Positions 18,918-29,240 of a stretch of DNA of 64,000 nt are shown in pieces. Source of the stretch: an uncultured SAR116 cluster alpha proteobacterium. GTDB lineage: Bacteria > Pseudomonadota > Alphaproteobacteria > Puniceispirillales > Puniceispirillaceae. The stretch is taken from positions 39,298-103,297 of the forward strand of contig CABYPW010000005.1 of NCBI GenBank assembly GCA_902520885.1, read 5' to 3'. Made by a program: the position numbers and the translations under genes. Numbering within the stretch: the stretch's first letter is position 1; every line of letters begins with the position of its first letter. The notes below the pieces were generated by a model. It was given only the letters and a program-made list of their open reading frames with translations, was not told the origin of the DNA and did not search any database.

Positions 18918-20020
18918 CTTGGTTTCCATCTCTAACCATCACCATGTATTTAGCTAGAAACTATTTAGCCTGGGTAAGTTGTACAGTATTTATATTATTA
19001 TGTTTTGTCTCTCTGATTAATTTTGTGGAATTATTCCAGAGAGTGTCTCGGTATGGTTTAGATGTTTCTAATTTTAAAATATTTCTGCTAGGTTTATTGA
19101 ATTTACCAACCCTTTTTGATGAGATTCTCCCACTCGGACTATTATTTGGTTCTGTAATTTGCTTCTATTTCTGGACAAAATCTCAACAAATTATTGCAAT
19201 TAGAAGTTTTGGTCAAAATATCTGGCAAACCTTATTCCCTATAATATTAACAGTAAGCTTAATTGGCTTTTGCCATATTCTAATTTTTAATCCAATATCA
19301 GCTATAATAAGCCAACAACATGACTCACAGATTAATTCAGTTTTTAAAAATAAAAAAAATAATTTTGTGTCTATATCAGCTTCTGGGATTTGGCTCAGAG
19401 ATACATTTTTAAATGATAAAGTAATTATCAATGGCTCAAGTATGGATACTGAAAAGGCCATAATTTTTAATCCAATATTATATGTCCTTAATGATTCCGG
19501 AGGGTTAAAATGGCTAATTACAGCAAACTCTATGAGACTTAGCAGCGGATTATGGTCATTCGATACACCAAGCCGAATAACTCAAGATGGACAGGTAGAA
19601 GCCTTAAAAGATTTTAACCCAAAGTCAACTTTGGAAAAATCTATTATGGTAAATGCAGGAAGACCTCTGAGAACCATAAGTATATATGAATTATCTGATT
19701 ATATAGATACATTAAAAACTGCTGGGATCCCTGTAGAAAAACTACGAGTACAATTCCACAAAACTTTAGCGCTACCACTTCAACTTGTTGGCCTTGCTCT
19801 GCTTGCCGCCAGCTTCACATTGCTGAATTTTGGAAACCAAAAACGAATGCGCATTATTGTTCTTGGACTAGCGGCAAGTTTTTTATATCACTTCATCTCA
19901 GACTTAATTTTCTTACTTGGTCATAATTCAAGACTACCTGACTATATTGCAGGATGGCTTCCTTCAATTTTAATTTTCACTATAAGTAGCTTTTTTCTTG
20001 CACGTGGAGATGAACATTGA
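18914..20020 (+). CDS. lptG: LPS export ABC permease LptG
   Basis: YjgP/YjgQ paralog; ATGA overlap with lptF (18914-18917). Confidence 0.85.
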   Translation: MTWFPSLTITMYLARNYLAWVSCTVFILLCFVSLINFVELFQRVSRYGLDVSNFKIFLLGLLNLPTLFDEILPLGLLFGSVICFYFWTKSQQIIAIRSFGQNIWQTLFPIILTVSLIGFCHILIFNPISAIISQQHDSQINSVFKNKKNNFVSISASGIWLRDTFLNDKVIINGSSMDTEKAIIFNPILYVLNDSGGLKWLITANSMRLSSGLWSFDTPSRITQDGQVEALKDFNPKSTLEKSIMVNAGRPLRTISIYELSDYIDTLKTAGIPVEKLRVQFHKTLALPLQLVGLALLAASFTLLNFGNQKRMRIIVLGLAASFLYHFISDLIFLLGHNSRLPDYIAGWLPSILIFTISSFFLARGDEH

Positions 20021-21360
20021 ATTCTACATCAAACATTAGGGGAAGTTCTCTTAAATATAAAATTTTTTCTATTGTAAAAATGAACAAATTGATACTATTG
20101 GCTACTTTTTTATTGCTAGCATTCCTTGCGTTTGCAACGTTGCGAAATCCTACATTTGCAGAAACAAAGGCCTCTATTGTTGCCGTTGTGAATGGTGTTG
20201 CGATTTCCTCAATTGACCTACAAAATAAAGTTAAATTATTAATTTTCACAACTGGGAAAAAAGATAACCCTGAGAATTTTTTGCAATATCGCCAGGAAGC
20301 CCTTGAAATGCTTATAGATGAAACACTAAAAATACAAGCTGGTGTCTCCATAAAACCAAGCTCTCTAGAAAATGCAGAAAATACTGCACGTTCATTTTTT
20401 GAAAATATTTATGGAGGTGAAATTCTTACTGCCACGGAAAGATTGCGGGCTGCTGGCATACAAATTTCAACTGCACTTGACCAAATTAAAGCAGATATTA
20501 TTTGGGCAGATGTTTTAACTACGAAATTTAAACGACAATTCTCACAAATTGAAACGCTCGCCAAATCGGAACAAAAACGATTAATGAAGGACTTATCTGC
20601 ACCACAGTATAAAATTTCTGAAATTGTTTTGATGCCTATTCCCTCAAGACCATTAGAGCAAACCCGCAAGCTAGCTGAACAATTAAAAGAGTCAATAGAT
20701 CAAGGTGCTGATTTTAATGCGATAGCAGCTCAATATTCGATGTCAGCAAGTTCGAAAAATGGGGGAAACATTGGATGGGTGCAGGCAAAAAGACTTCCTG
20801 CCGATATTCAGAACGTCATCGAAAATGGCCTACTTTCAAAAAAAAATATCGTTTCAGTGACCTCCAATGATTTTTTTTATATTTTTAAATTAGAGGGCCT
20901 TAGAAATTTGGGTTTCAATGACCCCGTACTCGATAGAGTTTCTATCGCACGGGCTGTGATATCGCTCCCGGAAAACCTTTCTGATAGAGAAATAGAAAAA
21001 CAAATCTCTAAATTTAAAACAGAAACAGAAAACATCAATTCATGTCCCAAATTAAAAAGATTTCATGAAACCTATGGTAGCAATGTAGCAAGTAAAATTG
21101 ACAATGTTATAATTGAACAACTAGAGAATTCTTTCAAGGAATTAGTACTTGGTTTAAAAGTTCGTGAAATAAGCGACGTGATATATACTTATGATAACGA
21201 GCTGGTGGTATTTATGATTTGTGATAGAAGAAAAATAGATGCAGATATCCCATCACTAGAAAAATTGAAAGAAGCCGAATTCAACAAATTATATTCAGTT
21301 TTAAGTCTTCGATACTTAATGCGACTAAGAAGAACTGCAAGTATAGAACTTAAAATGTGA
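20017..21360 (+). CDS. surA: periplasmic chaperone / parvulin-type peptidyl-prolyl isomerase SurA
   Basis: Signal peptide begins at ATG 20080 (MNKLILLATFLLLAFLAFATL), so the 20017 TTG is probably not the start. SurA N-domain plus parvulin motif GGNIGWV; followed by pdxA-rsmA. Confidence 0.8.
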   Translation: MNSTSNIRGSSLKYKIFSIVKMNKLILLATFLLLAFLAFATLRNPTFAETKASIVAVVNGVAISSIDLQNKVKLLIFTTGKKDNPENFLQYRQEALEMLIDETLKIQAGVSIKPSSLENAENTARSFFENIYGGEILTATERLRAAGIQISTALDQIKADIIWADVLTTKFKRQFSQIETLAKSEQKRLMKDLSAPQYKISEIVLMPIPSRPLEQTRKLAEQLKESIDQGADFNAIAAQYSMSASSKNGGNIGWVQAKRLPADIQNVIENGLLSKKNIVSVTSNDFFYIFKLEGLRNLGFNDPVLDRVSIARAVISLPENLSDREIEKQISKFKTETENINSCPKLKRFHETYGSNVASKIDNVIIEQLENSFKELVLGLKVREISDVIYTYDNELVVFMICDRRKIDADIPSLEKLKEAEFNKLYSVLSLRYLMRLRRTASIELKM

Positions 21361-22379
21361 TGAGTGCCCAAAATACATCAAAAAAACCGGTTATTGTAAC
21401 ATCGGGAGATCCTTGTGGGATTGGACCTGAGATAACGTTGAAAGCTGCACTTAATTCCCAGCATCACTTCGTGACAGTTGCTGACCAAAAACACATGGAA
21501 AAACTTTCTGCTAAATTGGGTTTGGATTTAAATATTCGTATGTGGCATCCTGACCAAGATTTTAAACAAAACACATTATCTATTTTAGAAGTTAAATGGC
21601 CTGCAGAAGTAATTGCAGGAAAACCGAATGATGCAAATAGCAACACTATCCTTAAGGCTATTGAAATTGCCGTTGAACAGGTAAAAAAAGGAAATGCCTG
21701 TGCTTTAGTGACAAATCCCATTAACAAATTTGTTTTATATCAAGCTGGCTTCAATTTCCCTGGTCATACCGAATTCTTAGCATTCTTATCAAAGCAAGAA
21801 AAACAACCTGTTATGATGTTAGCAAATAAATATTTAAGAGTAATTCCAGTAACAATTCACAATGCGGTAGCAGAAATTCCGAAAAAGCTTACATCTCGTT
21901 TAATTTATCAAACAATTGTGGTGGCAAGAAGAGACTTAATCAAATTTTTTGGTATTTCAGACCCAAAAATAGTGGTATGCGGATTGAACCCACATGCTGG
22001 TGAAAATGGTAGTCTTGGAAATGAAGATTTAAAAGTGATAAAACCTACTATTTTAAAGCTTCAAAGAGAGGGTGTAAATATAAGAGGACCACTATCTGCC
22101 GATAGTCTATTTCATTCAGAAGCTCGTAATAAATACGACTGTGTGATTGGAATGTATCATGACCAAGTTCTTCCAGTTGTAAAGGCTCTAGATTTTGCAA
22201 AAACGGTGAATATTACGCTTGGTTTAGATTTTATTCGCACGTCTCCTGATCATGGTACTGCATATGACATAGCAGGCAAAAATATAGCTAATGCTGAAAG
22301 TTTAATAGCTGCAATTAATACAGCAAAAACAATGAGCAATACTTCCCAGAAATTCGCTAATGTAGCAAATAAATTCTAA
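21357..22379 (+). CDS. pdxA: 4-hydroxythreonine-4-phosphate dehydrogenase
   Basis: SGDPCGIGPEI, GHTEFLA, NPHAGENG, SPDHGTAYDIAG motifs. The start is GTG 21357 or ATG 21360. Confidence 0.9.
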   Translation: MMSAQNTSKKPVIVTSGDPCGIGPEITLKAALNSQHHFVTVADQKHMEKLSAKLGLDLNIRMWHPDQDFKQNTLSILEVKWPAEVIAGKPNDANSNTILKAIEIAVEQVKKGNACALVTNPINKFVLYQAGFNFPGHTEFLAFLSKQEKQPVMMLANKYLRVIPVTIHNAVAEIPKKLTSRLIYQTIVVARRDLIKFFGISDPKIVVCGLNPHAGENGSLGNEDLKVIKPTILKLQREGVNIRGPLSADSLFHSEARNKYDCVIGMYHDQVLPVVKALDFAKTVNITLGLDFIRTSPDHGTAYDIAGKNIANAESLIAAINTAKTMSNTSQKFANVANKF

Positions 22380-23212
22380 TGATTGATCCTATAGTTAATC
22401 TTCCAACTATCCGTGAGAGCTTATCTAAGCTTAATCTAAGGGCAAAAAAATCATTAGGCCAAAATTTTCTTTTAGATCCGGCTTTTACAGATAAAATTGC
22501 TGAATCAGCTGCTCCATTTGAAGGAACCGTAATCGAAATTGGCCCTGGACCCGGAGGACTGACACGGTCTATTTTATTAATGGGAGCACATGAGTTGATA
22601 GCAATTGAAAAAGACCAGCGTGCCATTGTATTCCTAGAAGAACTGAAAAAAGCTGCGTCCCCAAGACTTCAAATAAAGCAAGCTGATGCTCTTACGGAAC
22701 CAGTTTGGGAATTCGGTTTTCAACCAAGGCAGATAATTGCAAATTTACCTTATAATATTGCTACACCATTATTAATACTATGGTTAAGGCACGCAAATGC
22801 CTTTGATAAACTAACCCTTATGTTCCAGAAAGAGGTAGCTGAGCGTATAGTGGCTCAACCAGGAGAAAGCTGTTTTGGCAGGTTGTCTGTGTTATGCGAC
22901 TGGCTTACAACTGCAAAAATATTATTTGAAATACCGGCAGATGCATTTTTACCAGAGCCAAAAGTTACTTCTGCAGTTGTTCAGCTTATTCCTAGGAAGA
23001 ACCTTTTATTCGATTGTAGGCTAAATTACCTAGAAAAAGTTACCCAAATTGCTTTCAATCAACGTCGTAAAATGCTTCGTGCGAGCTTCAAAAAATTTGG
23101 GGGCACTCAAATGCTCACTTCACTCAATATCGATCCAATGATAAGACCACAAGATTTATCGACTGAGGGTTTTTGTAAGTTAGCCAATTATTTAGGGCCA
23201 CAATTGGGGTAA
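22379..23212 (+). CDS. rsmA: 16S rRNA (adenine1518/1519-N6) dimethyltransferase
   Basis: LGQNFL, VIEIGPGPGGLT, ANLPYNI, NQRRKML motifs; 1-nt overlap with pdxA. Confidence 0.95.
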   Translation: MIDPIVNLPTIRESLSKLNLRAKKSLGQNFLLDPAFTDKIAESAAPFEGTVIEIGPGPGGLTRSILLMGAHELIAIEKDQRAIVFLEELKKAASPRLQIKQADALTEPVWEFGFQPRQIIANLPYNIATPLLILWLRHANAFDKLTLMFQKEVAERIVAQPGESCFGRLSVLCDWLTTAKILFEIPADAFLPEPKVTSAVVQLIPRKNLLFDCRLNYLEKVTQIAFNQRRKMLRASFKKFGGTQMLTSLNIDPMIRPQDLSTEGFCKLANYLGPQLG

Positions 23213-23230
23213 TGAACGAATTAACTATCA

Positions 23231-23866
23231 CTATAACTGAGCACGAAGGTGTTTCACAAAATCAACAAGCCCAATTTGTCTCTCTCTTCGAGATCTTTCT
23301 GCACATAAAATAGATTGCACCTGCTGCACGGATTTATCTAGGTCATGATTGATAATTACATAATCATATTCAGGATAATGGCTCATTTCGCTGGCAGATT
23401 TTGACATTCGACTTGCTACTACTTCACTTGTATCCTGGGCTCGTTTAAACAGTCTCTTTTCAAGCTCCTTTATTGATGGTGGTAAGATAAACACAGATAC
23501 AAGATCCTGGCCTGCCCGTGCTTTTAGCTGTTGAGTTCCTTGCCAATCAATATCAAATAGCACGTCAACTCCAGATTTTAGATTTCTTTCCACTAATTGA
23601 ACTGGTGTACCATAATAATTACCAAATACTTTAGCATATTCAAGAAATTCAGATTTTTTAATTCTACTTTCAAATTCCTGTATTGATAAAAATTGATAAT
23701 CTTTTCCTTCAACTTCTCCGGGACGTTTTTTGCGAGTCGTAGCAGATACAGAAAGCACAAGACCTGTATCTTGCTGTAAAAGCTTTCTACATATGCTTGT
23801 TTTACCTGCTCCAGAGGGAGACGATAATACAAGCATTAATCCACGTTTTGTAATTGGAGTTGTCAT
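23231..23866 (-). CDS. gmk: guanylate kinase
   Basis: P-loop SSPSGAGKTS, SATTRKKRPGEVEGKDYQF, EYAKVFGNYYGT. Confidence 0.95.
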   Translation of the reverse strand: MTTPITKRGLMLVLSSPSGAGKTSICRKLLQQDTGLVLSVSATTRKKRPGEVEGKDYQFLSIQEFESRIKKSEFLEYAKVFGNYYGTPVQLVERNLKSGVDVLFDIDWQGTQQLKARAGQDLVSVFILPPSIKELEKRLFKRAQDTSEVVASRMSKSASEMSHYPEYDYVIINHDLDKSVQQVQSILCAERSRRERQIGLVDFVKHLRAQL

Positions 23867-23877
23867 TTAAAAATCCT

Positions 23878-24870
23878 TTATTTATTTTTTTCTGACAAAA
23901 ATTTCCTGTACTGTCGTACATTCTTGTTATGCTCGTCCAGAGTTTTAGCAAATCGATGTCCGCCCTTTCCATCTGCAACAAAATAAAGGTAATCGGTTAT
24001 TGCTGGGTTTAGTACCGATTGAATAGCAGCAAATCCAGGGTTTGAAATAGGCGTTTTTGGCAGACCTCGCATCATATAAGTGTTCCATTCGTGCTTTTGT
24101 TTTAAATGTTTTCTCAAAAGCCGCTTCGGAGCAACACCTATTTTTTCAAGCCCATAAATCACTGTGGGGTCAGATTGAAGCGGCATTTTTAATTTCAGTC
24201 TGTTTATAAACACAGAAGCAACAAGTGGTCTTTCATCAGGTTTTGTTGTTTCTTGTTCGACTATCGAAGCAAGAATGACAGCCTCTTTTGGTGAATACAG
24301 TGGAAGATTTTCTTTTTTAGTTGCCCATAAATCTGCCAATACAACCTTAAATTTTTGTGATGCTCGATCTATAATATTTTGCCTCGACATACCATATGTA
24401 TAAAAATAAGTATCTGGAAAAAAACTCCCCTCATCTGGAATGGTGATGATCTCATCTGTCATATTAGGAGTATTATTTAAAATATCTATGATTTTTTTTG
24501 ATGTTGATCCCTCTGGAAAAGTGACTTTTCGCTGCAGTGAAACCCCTGAGTGAAGAATGTCCATTACTTGAAATAGAGGAGCATAAGCAGGAATCTCATA
24601 CTCCCCTACCTTGGGAACAAAAGGCCTACTAGCGGTATATTTTGCAATAAAAAAGTAAGCCCTATTCGATAAAATATTTTTACGGTATAGCTTCCAGCTT
24701 ATCGTATTATCCCCATCTCCAGGGTGCACTAATATGATTTCTGGATCTTTATTGCTGCCATTAGAGTTGACCGCAATTTCTACCAGTATATATCCTGCAG
24801 AACTTATAAAGATAAATAGAAATATAAAAATAAAACTAATACTTAAAAACAGCCGCATGGCCCGTTTCAT
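23878..24870 (-). CDS. mltG: endolytic murein transglycosylase MltG (YceG family)
   Basis: N-terminal TM anchor; YceG core (ILASIVEQET, LQSDPTVIYG, YNTYMMRGLP); downstream of fabF as usual. Confidence 0.85.
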   Translation of the reverse strand: MKRAMRLFLSISFIFIFLFIFISSAGYILVEIAVNSNGSNKDPEIILVHPGDGDNTISWKLYRKNILSNRAYFFIAKYTASRPFVPKVGEYEIPAYAPLFQVMDILHSGVSLQRKVTFPEGSTSKKIIDILNNTPNMTDEIITIPDEGSFFPDTYFYTYGMSRQNIIDRASQKFKVVLADLWATKKENLPLYSPKEAVILASIVEQETTKPDERPLVASVFINRLKLKMPLQSDPTVIYGLEKIGVAPKRLLRKHLKQKHEWNTYMMRGLPKTPISNPGFAAIQSVLNPAITDYLYFVADGKGGHRFAKTLDEHNKNVRQYRKFLSEKNK

Positions 24871-24874
24871 CTAA

Positions 24875-26137
24875 CTACTCAACCTCACCTATGATTAAGG
24901 AAGCGTTGGTACCACCAAATCCAAATGAATTAGACATCGCATTTCTAATTTTCTTATTGCGAGATTTAATTGGAACTAAATCTAAATTTTCTAAACCCTC
25001 CTCCTTTTCATTAAGGTTTAATGTGGGTGGGAGCATATTATCTCTAACGGCTAGTGCGGAATAAATGGCTTCGATAGCTCCAGCTGCCCCTAGCAGATGT
25101 CCAGTGGCACTTTTTGTAGAGGACATAGATAATTTGTTAAGACAATCACTAAATAAGCGCATGACAGCCCCTGCCTCTATCATATCGCCAAGAGGTGTGG
25201 AAGTTCCATGTGCATTGATGTATCCAATTTCTGCTGGCTCCAATTTAGCACGCTTAAGAGCGTTCTTCATTGACCTATACCCTCCATCTCCATCAGAGGC
25301 CGGCGCTGTTATATGATGGGCATCACCAGACATTCCGTATCCTCTTATCTCACAATAAATTTTGGCTCCTCTTTTTAATGCATGTTCATATTCCTCAAGA
25401 ACGACTACACCAGCTCCCTCTCCCATAATAAAACCATCTCTTCCAATATCCCAAGGACGAGAGGCTATTTCAGGTGAATCGTTATATTTTGTGCATAGCG
25501 CTCTTGCTGCTGCAAAGCCTGCCACACCAAGTCTGCAAACGGCTGCTTCTGCTCCACCAGCAATCATCACATCAGCATCATCAATAGCAATTATCCTAGC
25601 GGCATCACCTATGGCATGTGCCCCTGTCGAACAAGCAGTAACGACAGAATGATTTGGCCCTTTGAAACCAAACTTAATAGAAACTTGACCTGAAATTAAA
25701 TTAATCAAAGAAGAAGGAATGAAAAATGGACTAATTCTTCTTGGACCTCGTTCATTCATAAGCTCAGTTGTTTCTACAATAGTTTGCAATCCTCCGATTC
25801 CAGAACCAATCATTACGCCAGTCCTCTCTTGATGAAAAACTGTCTTCGGCTCCCAATTAGAATCATCTATAGCTTCTGAAGCTGCAACTATTCCAAGTTG
25901 AATAAAGCGATCTATTTTACGTTGTTCTTTTGGATCGATAAAATTATCAATATTAAGACCGTTAATGTCATTCTTCTCTGGAATAAGGCCTGCAATCTGA
26001 CAAGATATATCAGAAACATCAAATGACTGAATCCTTGATATTCCGGATTTTCCAGCTAATAGATTTTTCCAATTAGCATCAACTCCTTGTCCCAAAGGAG
26101 TTACCATGCCCATACCAGTAATAACAACACGACGCAT
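24875..26137 (-). CDS. fabF: 3-oxoacyl-ACP synthase II
   Basis: Active-site VVTACSTGAHAIG, HGTSTPLGD, NSFGFGGTNASL. Confidence 0.95.
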   Translation of the reverse strand: MRRVVITGMGMVTPLGQGVDANWKNLLAGKSGISRIQSFDVSDISCQIAGLIPEKNDINGLNIDNFIDPKEQRKIDRFIQLGIVAASEAIDDSNWEPKTVFHQERTGVMIGSGIGGLQTIVETTELMNERGPRRISPFFIPSSLINLISGQVSIKFGFKGPNHSVVTACSTGAHAIGDAARIIAIDDADVMIAGGAEAAVCRLGVAGFAAARALCTKYNDSPEIASRPWDIGRDGFIMGEGAGVVVLEEYEHALKRGAKIYCEIRGYGMSGDAHHITAPASDGDGGYRSMKNALKRAKLEPAEIGYINAHGTSTPLGDMIEAGAVMRLFSDCLNKLSMSSTKSATGHLLGAAGAIEAIYSALAVRDNMLPPTLNLNEKEEGLENLDLVPIKSRNKKIRNAMSNSFGFGGTNASLIIGEVE

Positions 26138-26203
26138 CTTATTTGACCTCTTGAAGGATTAGCCCAGATTTAATAAATATGGGCTAATTTTTCGCAAAGC
26201 TAT

Positions 26204-26437
26204 TTATGCAGCACTCTCTAGAAATTCTACCGCATCTTTAACAGTTTGAATTTTCTCAGCTGCATCATCAGGGATTTCAACCTCAAACTCTTCTTCAAAT
26301 GCCATAACCAATTCAACTGTATCTAGGCTATCTGCTCCTAAGTCATCAATAAAGGAGGCACTGTCAACAACTTTTGAGTCCTCCACACCCAGATGCTCTA
26401 CAACAATTGCTTTTACACGACTTGAAATATCACTCAT
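26204..26437 (-). CDS. acpP: acyl carrier protein
   Basis: 77 aa with the [12 protein letters not shown] phosphopantetheine site. Confidence 0.95.
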   Translation of the reverse strand: MSDISSRVKAIVVEHLGVEDSKVVDSASFIDDLGADSLDTVELVMAFEEEFEVEIPDDAAEKIQTVKDAVEFLESAA

Positions 26438-26552
26438 TATAATCCCCTATTTAATGGCCCATTTAGGGCACGATCGATCACATTTTGGCGTGGGTGTAGC
26501 ACAGTTTTCATTTGCAGGCTAGTGTCTGATTTATTACTCATCTACAATTTGT

Positions 26553-27293
26553 TTATATCATTGCCATCCCACCGTTTACATGCAATGTGGATCCAGTCAA
26601 ATAACTTGCCTCTGAAGCGGCTAAGTATATGACTGCTGACGCCACTTCATCTGGAGTTCCTAATCTACCAATAGGCACTTGTCCTAGCAATTTTTCCCTT
26701 TGTTTTTCATCCAACATTTCGGTCATAGGTGTTTCTATAAAGCCGGGGGCAACAACATTTACAGTAATACCCCTACTCGCCACCTCTTGGGCGAGTGATT
26801 TGCAAAACCCAATAATACCAGCTTTAGATGCTGAATAATTAGTTTGTCCTGAATTACCAGTTACACCAACAATAGAGGAAATAGATATAATTCTACCCCA
26901 CTTCTGTTTGATCATAGAACGAATGGCTGTTCTACACAAAATCATATTTGCTGTAAGATTTACATCTAATACTCTCTGCCACTCTTCAACTTTCATTCTT
27001 AATAACAATCCATCTATTGCAAAACCAGCATTATTTATAAGAATATCTATTGGAGAATCAGATAATATGCTTGCGGATTCCACAAGTGAAGACACCGCTT
27101 CTAAATCAGTAAGATCTGCTGTAATACAGGAAGAATTTGACCCTAGCTGATTTGCAATATTTTTAAGTTTTTCTTTACGTGTTCCATGTAATACTACATG
27201 CGCTCCTTGCTGATGAAGCCGCGTCGCAATTGCTTTACCGATGCCACCACTTGCTCCAGTAACAAGAGCTGTCTTTCCAGTTAATTCAAACAT
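26553..27293 (-). CDS. fabG: 3-oxoacyl-ACP reductase
   Basis: TGASGGIGKAIA, NNAG, YSASKAG, HVNGGMAM; lies between fabD and acpP. Confidence 0.9.
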   Translation of the reverse strand: MFELTGKTALVTGASGGIGKAIATRLHQQGAHVVLHGTRKEKLKNIANQLGSNSSCITADLTDLEAVSSLVESASILSDSPIDILINNAGFAIDGLLLRMKVEEWQRVLDVNLTANMILCRTAIRSMIKQKWGRIISISSIVGVTGNSGQTNYSASKAGIIGFCKSLAQEVASRGITVNVVAPGFIETPMTEMLDEKQREKLLGQVPIGRLGTPDEVASAVIYLAASEASYLTGSTLHVNGGMAMI

Positions 27294-27370
27294 AAAAGTA
27301 TCCTTTATTCTTATTTCTGATATCTTTATTAGGAACTATCTCTATCACTGCGAAACAAAGAAATAACAGC

Positions 27371-28318
27371 TTAAGAAAAATAATCTGTGATGTCCGTACT
27401 TGACTCTAGTGAAATTGTTTTCACATCTGCAATTGTTCTTTTGACCAAACCAGACAAAACTCTTCCAGTTCCTATTTCTATAAATTGACTAACTCCATTT
27501 TTGGCTAAATTTAAAATTGTTTCTCGCCACCGCACTCTCGCAGTTACTTGAGCAACTAAATTTAATCTGAGTTTACTAATATCCTCCTCAACTAATGCCG
27601 TGACGTTGCAGAAAATCTTCAATTGAGGAGGTTTAAACTCACTTTCATTTAAGTGGAATAACATTATTTCTGCTGCAGGAGCCATTAAATCAGAGTGAAA
27701 TGGAGCGCTAACTGGCAACATAAGACTTTTTTTTATGCCTTTCTGCTTTGCCATTTCACACAATGTCTCAACTGCATTTCTATGCCCACTCACAACGATT
27801 TGACCAGGAGAATTATCGTTTGCAATTTGCACTATCTCATCAGACTGAGTACTATTAAAGACCTCTATTAGAGATTCCACTTGCTCTATTTCTGAGCCTA
27901 ATATTGCTGCCATAGCTCCGACCCCAACAGGGGTAGCAGATTGCATAGCATCTCCCCTTATCCTCAACAATTTTGCAGCTTTTGTTATGTCAATTGACTT
28001 TGCGGCTGCCAGTGCAGAATACTCACCAAGGGAATGACCTGCAGCAAATGAAGCAATTTTTCTAATATCACCAAACCTCTCCTCAATCGAAGCGATAACA
28101 GCCAATGAACTTGCAAAAATCGCTGGTTGAGCATTTCTGGTAAGTTGAAGGATATCTTTAGGGCCTTCTCTCATGATGGAAAACAAATCTTCTGATAACG
28201 CTTCATTTACTTGTTCAAAAACGAGTTTAGCAGCTTTGCTTTCACTGGCGAGTGCTGCACCCATTCCAATTATTTGTGAACCTTGACCTGGGAATAAAAA
28301 TGCTACGGGTGCTTCCAT
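27371..28318 (-). CDS. fabD: malonyl-CoA:ACP transacylase
   Basis: FPGQGSQ and GHSLGEYSAL motifs. The ORF is open to 28378, but ATG 28318 (MEAPVAFLFPGQGSQ) matches the family N-terminus. Confidence 0.9.
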   Translation of the reverse strand: MEAPVAFLFPGQGSQIIGMGAALASESKAAKLVFEQVNEALSEDLFSIMREGPKDILQLTRNAQPAIFASSLAVIASIEERFGDIRKIASFAAGHSLGEYSALAAAKSIDITKAAKLLRIRGDAMQSATPVGVGAMAAILGSEIEQVESLIEVFNSTQSDEIVQIANDNSPGQIVVSGHRNAVETLCEMAKQKGIKKSLMLPVSAPFHSDLMAPAAEIMLFHLNESEFKPPQLKIFCNVTALVEEDISKLRLNLVAQVTARVRWRETILNLAKNGVSQFIEIGTGRVLSGLVKRTIADVKTISLESSTDITDYFS

Positions 28319-28557
28319 ATTAATACTCTTTAGATTCTTTGAATTAATTTTTAAAAACTGGTTTACCCCATTTGCCAAATTTGGTGAAGCGTATTTTAAA
28401 ACTATGGTCTTGCAAACTCAAATATTTTATTGCATATATTGTTTTTATCGATTGATTTATGTGTAAAATCCGCAAAATCACACTCCCTTGCCAGTATCGG
28501 TGCTGGCTCGTTACATGAATATTTGATTATGTAACCATTAGCCATAAGGAGAGAATA

Positions 28558-28968
28558 ATGAGGCTATATGAATGCGTGATAATTGGGCGACAAGATGTAT
28601 CGTCTGGGCATATTGAAGAATTAGTTAACGAATTTTGTTCTATAATTGAAAAAAACGGAGGCTCTATCAAAAAAAGAGAGTATTGGGGTCTGCGTTCGCT
28701 TGCATATAGAATAAAAAAGAACCGCAAGGGCCATTACATTCTTTTAAATTTCGAAACCAGTCCAAAAACACTTAAAGAGTTTGAGCGTGTTATGGGACTA
28801 AATGAAGATATTCTCCGTTTTATGACAATATCTATAGATGCAGTAGAGGAAAGTCCCTCTGTTATGATGCAAACCAAGCCAGAACGTCCACGCTCTGAAA
28901 AAACAGAGAGACCAGTGTCTCAAAACGATGATGAAATTAATAATGAATTGTCTGCTGAGGGAGTTTAA
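28558..28968 (+). CDS. rpsF: 30S ribosomal protein S6
   Basis: [13 protein letters not shown]..., [18 protein letters not shown]; strong SD AAGGAGAG upstream. Confidence 0.95.
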   Translation: MRLYECVIIGRQDVSSGHIEELVNEFCSIIEKNGGSIKKREYWGLRSLAYRIKKNRKGHYILLNFETSPKTLKEFERVMGLNEDILRFMTISIDAVEESPSVMMQTKPERPRSEKTERPVSQNDDEINNELSAEGV

Positions 28969-28970
28969 AA

Positions 28971-29225
28971 ATGACCCAATTAGAAATTACAAGAGAGGCA
29001 ATCCGCCGCCCACAAAATAGACGTCGTAAGTCATGTCCTTTCTCAGGTCCTAATGCCCCAAAAATTGATTACAAAGATGTGAAATTACTAACTAGATTTG
29101 TTTCTGAGAGAGGAAAAATAGTTCCATCTCGGATTTCCGCCGTATCAGCAAAGAAACAGCGTGAATTATCTAATGCAATAAAGCGGGCACGTTTTCTAGC
29201 CTTAATGCCATATGCTTCTATTTAA
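28971..29225 (+). CDS. rpsR: 30S ribosomal protein S18
   Basis: [50 protein letters not shown]. Confidence 0.95.
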   Translation: MTQLEITREAIRRPQNRRRKSCPFSGPNAPKIDYKDVKLLTRFVSERGKIVPSRISAVSAKKQRELSNAIKRARFLALMPYASI

Positions 29226-29240
29226 AAAGGATAATGAATA

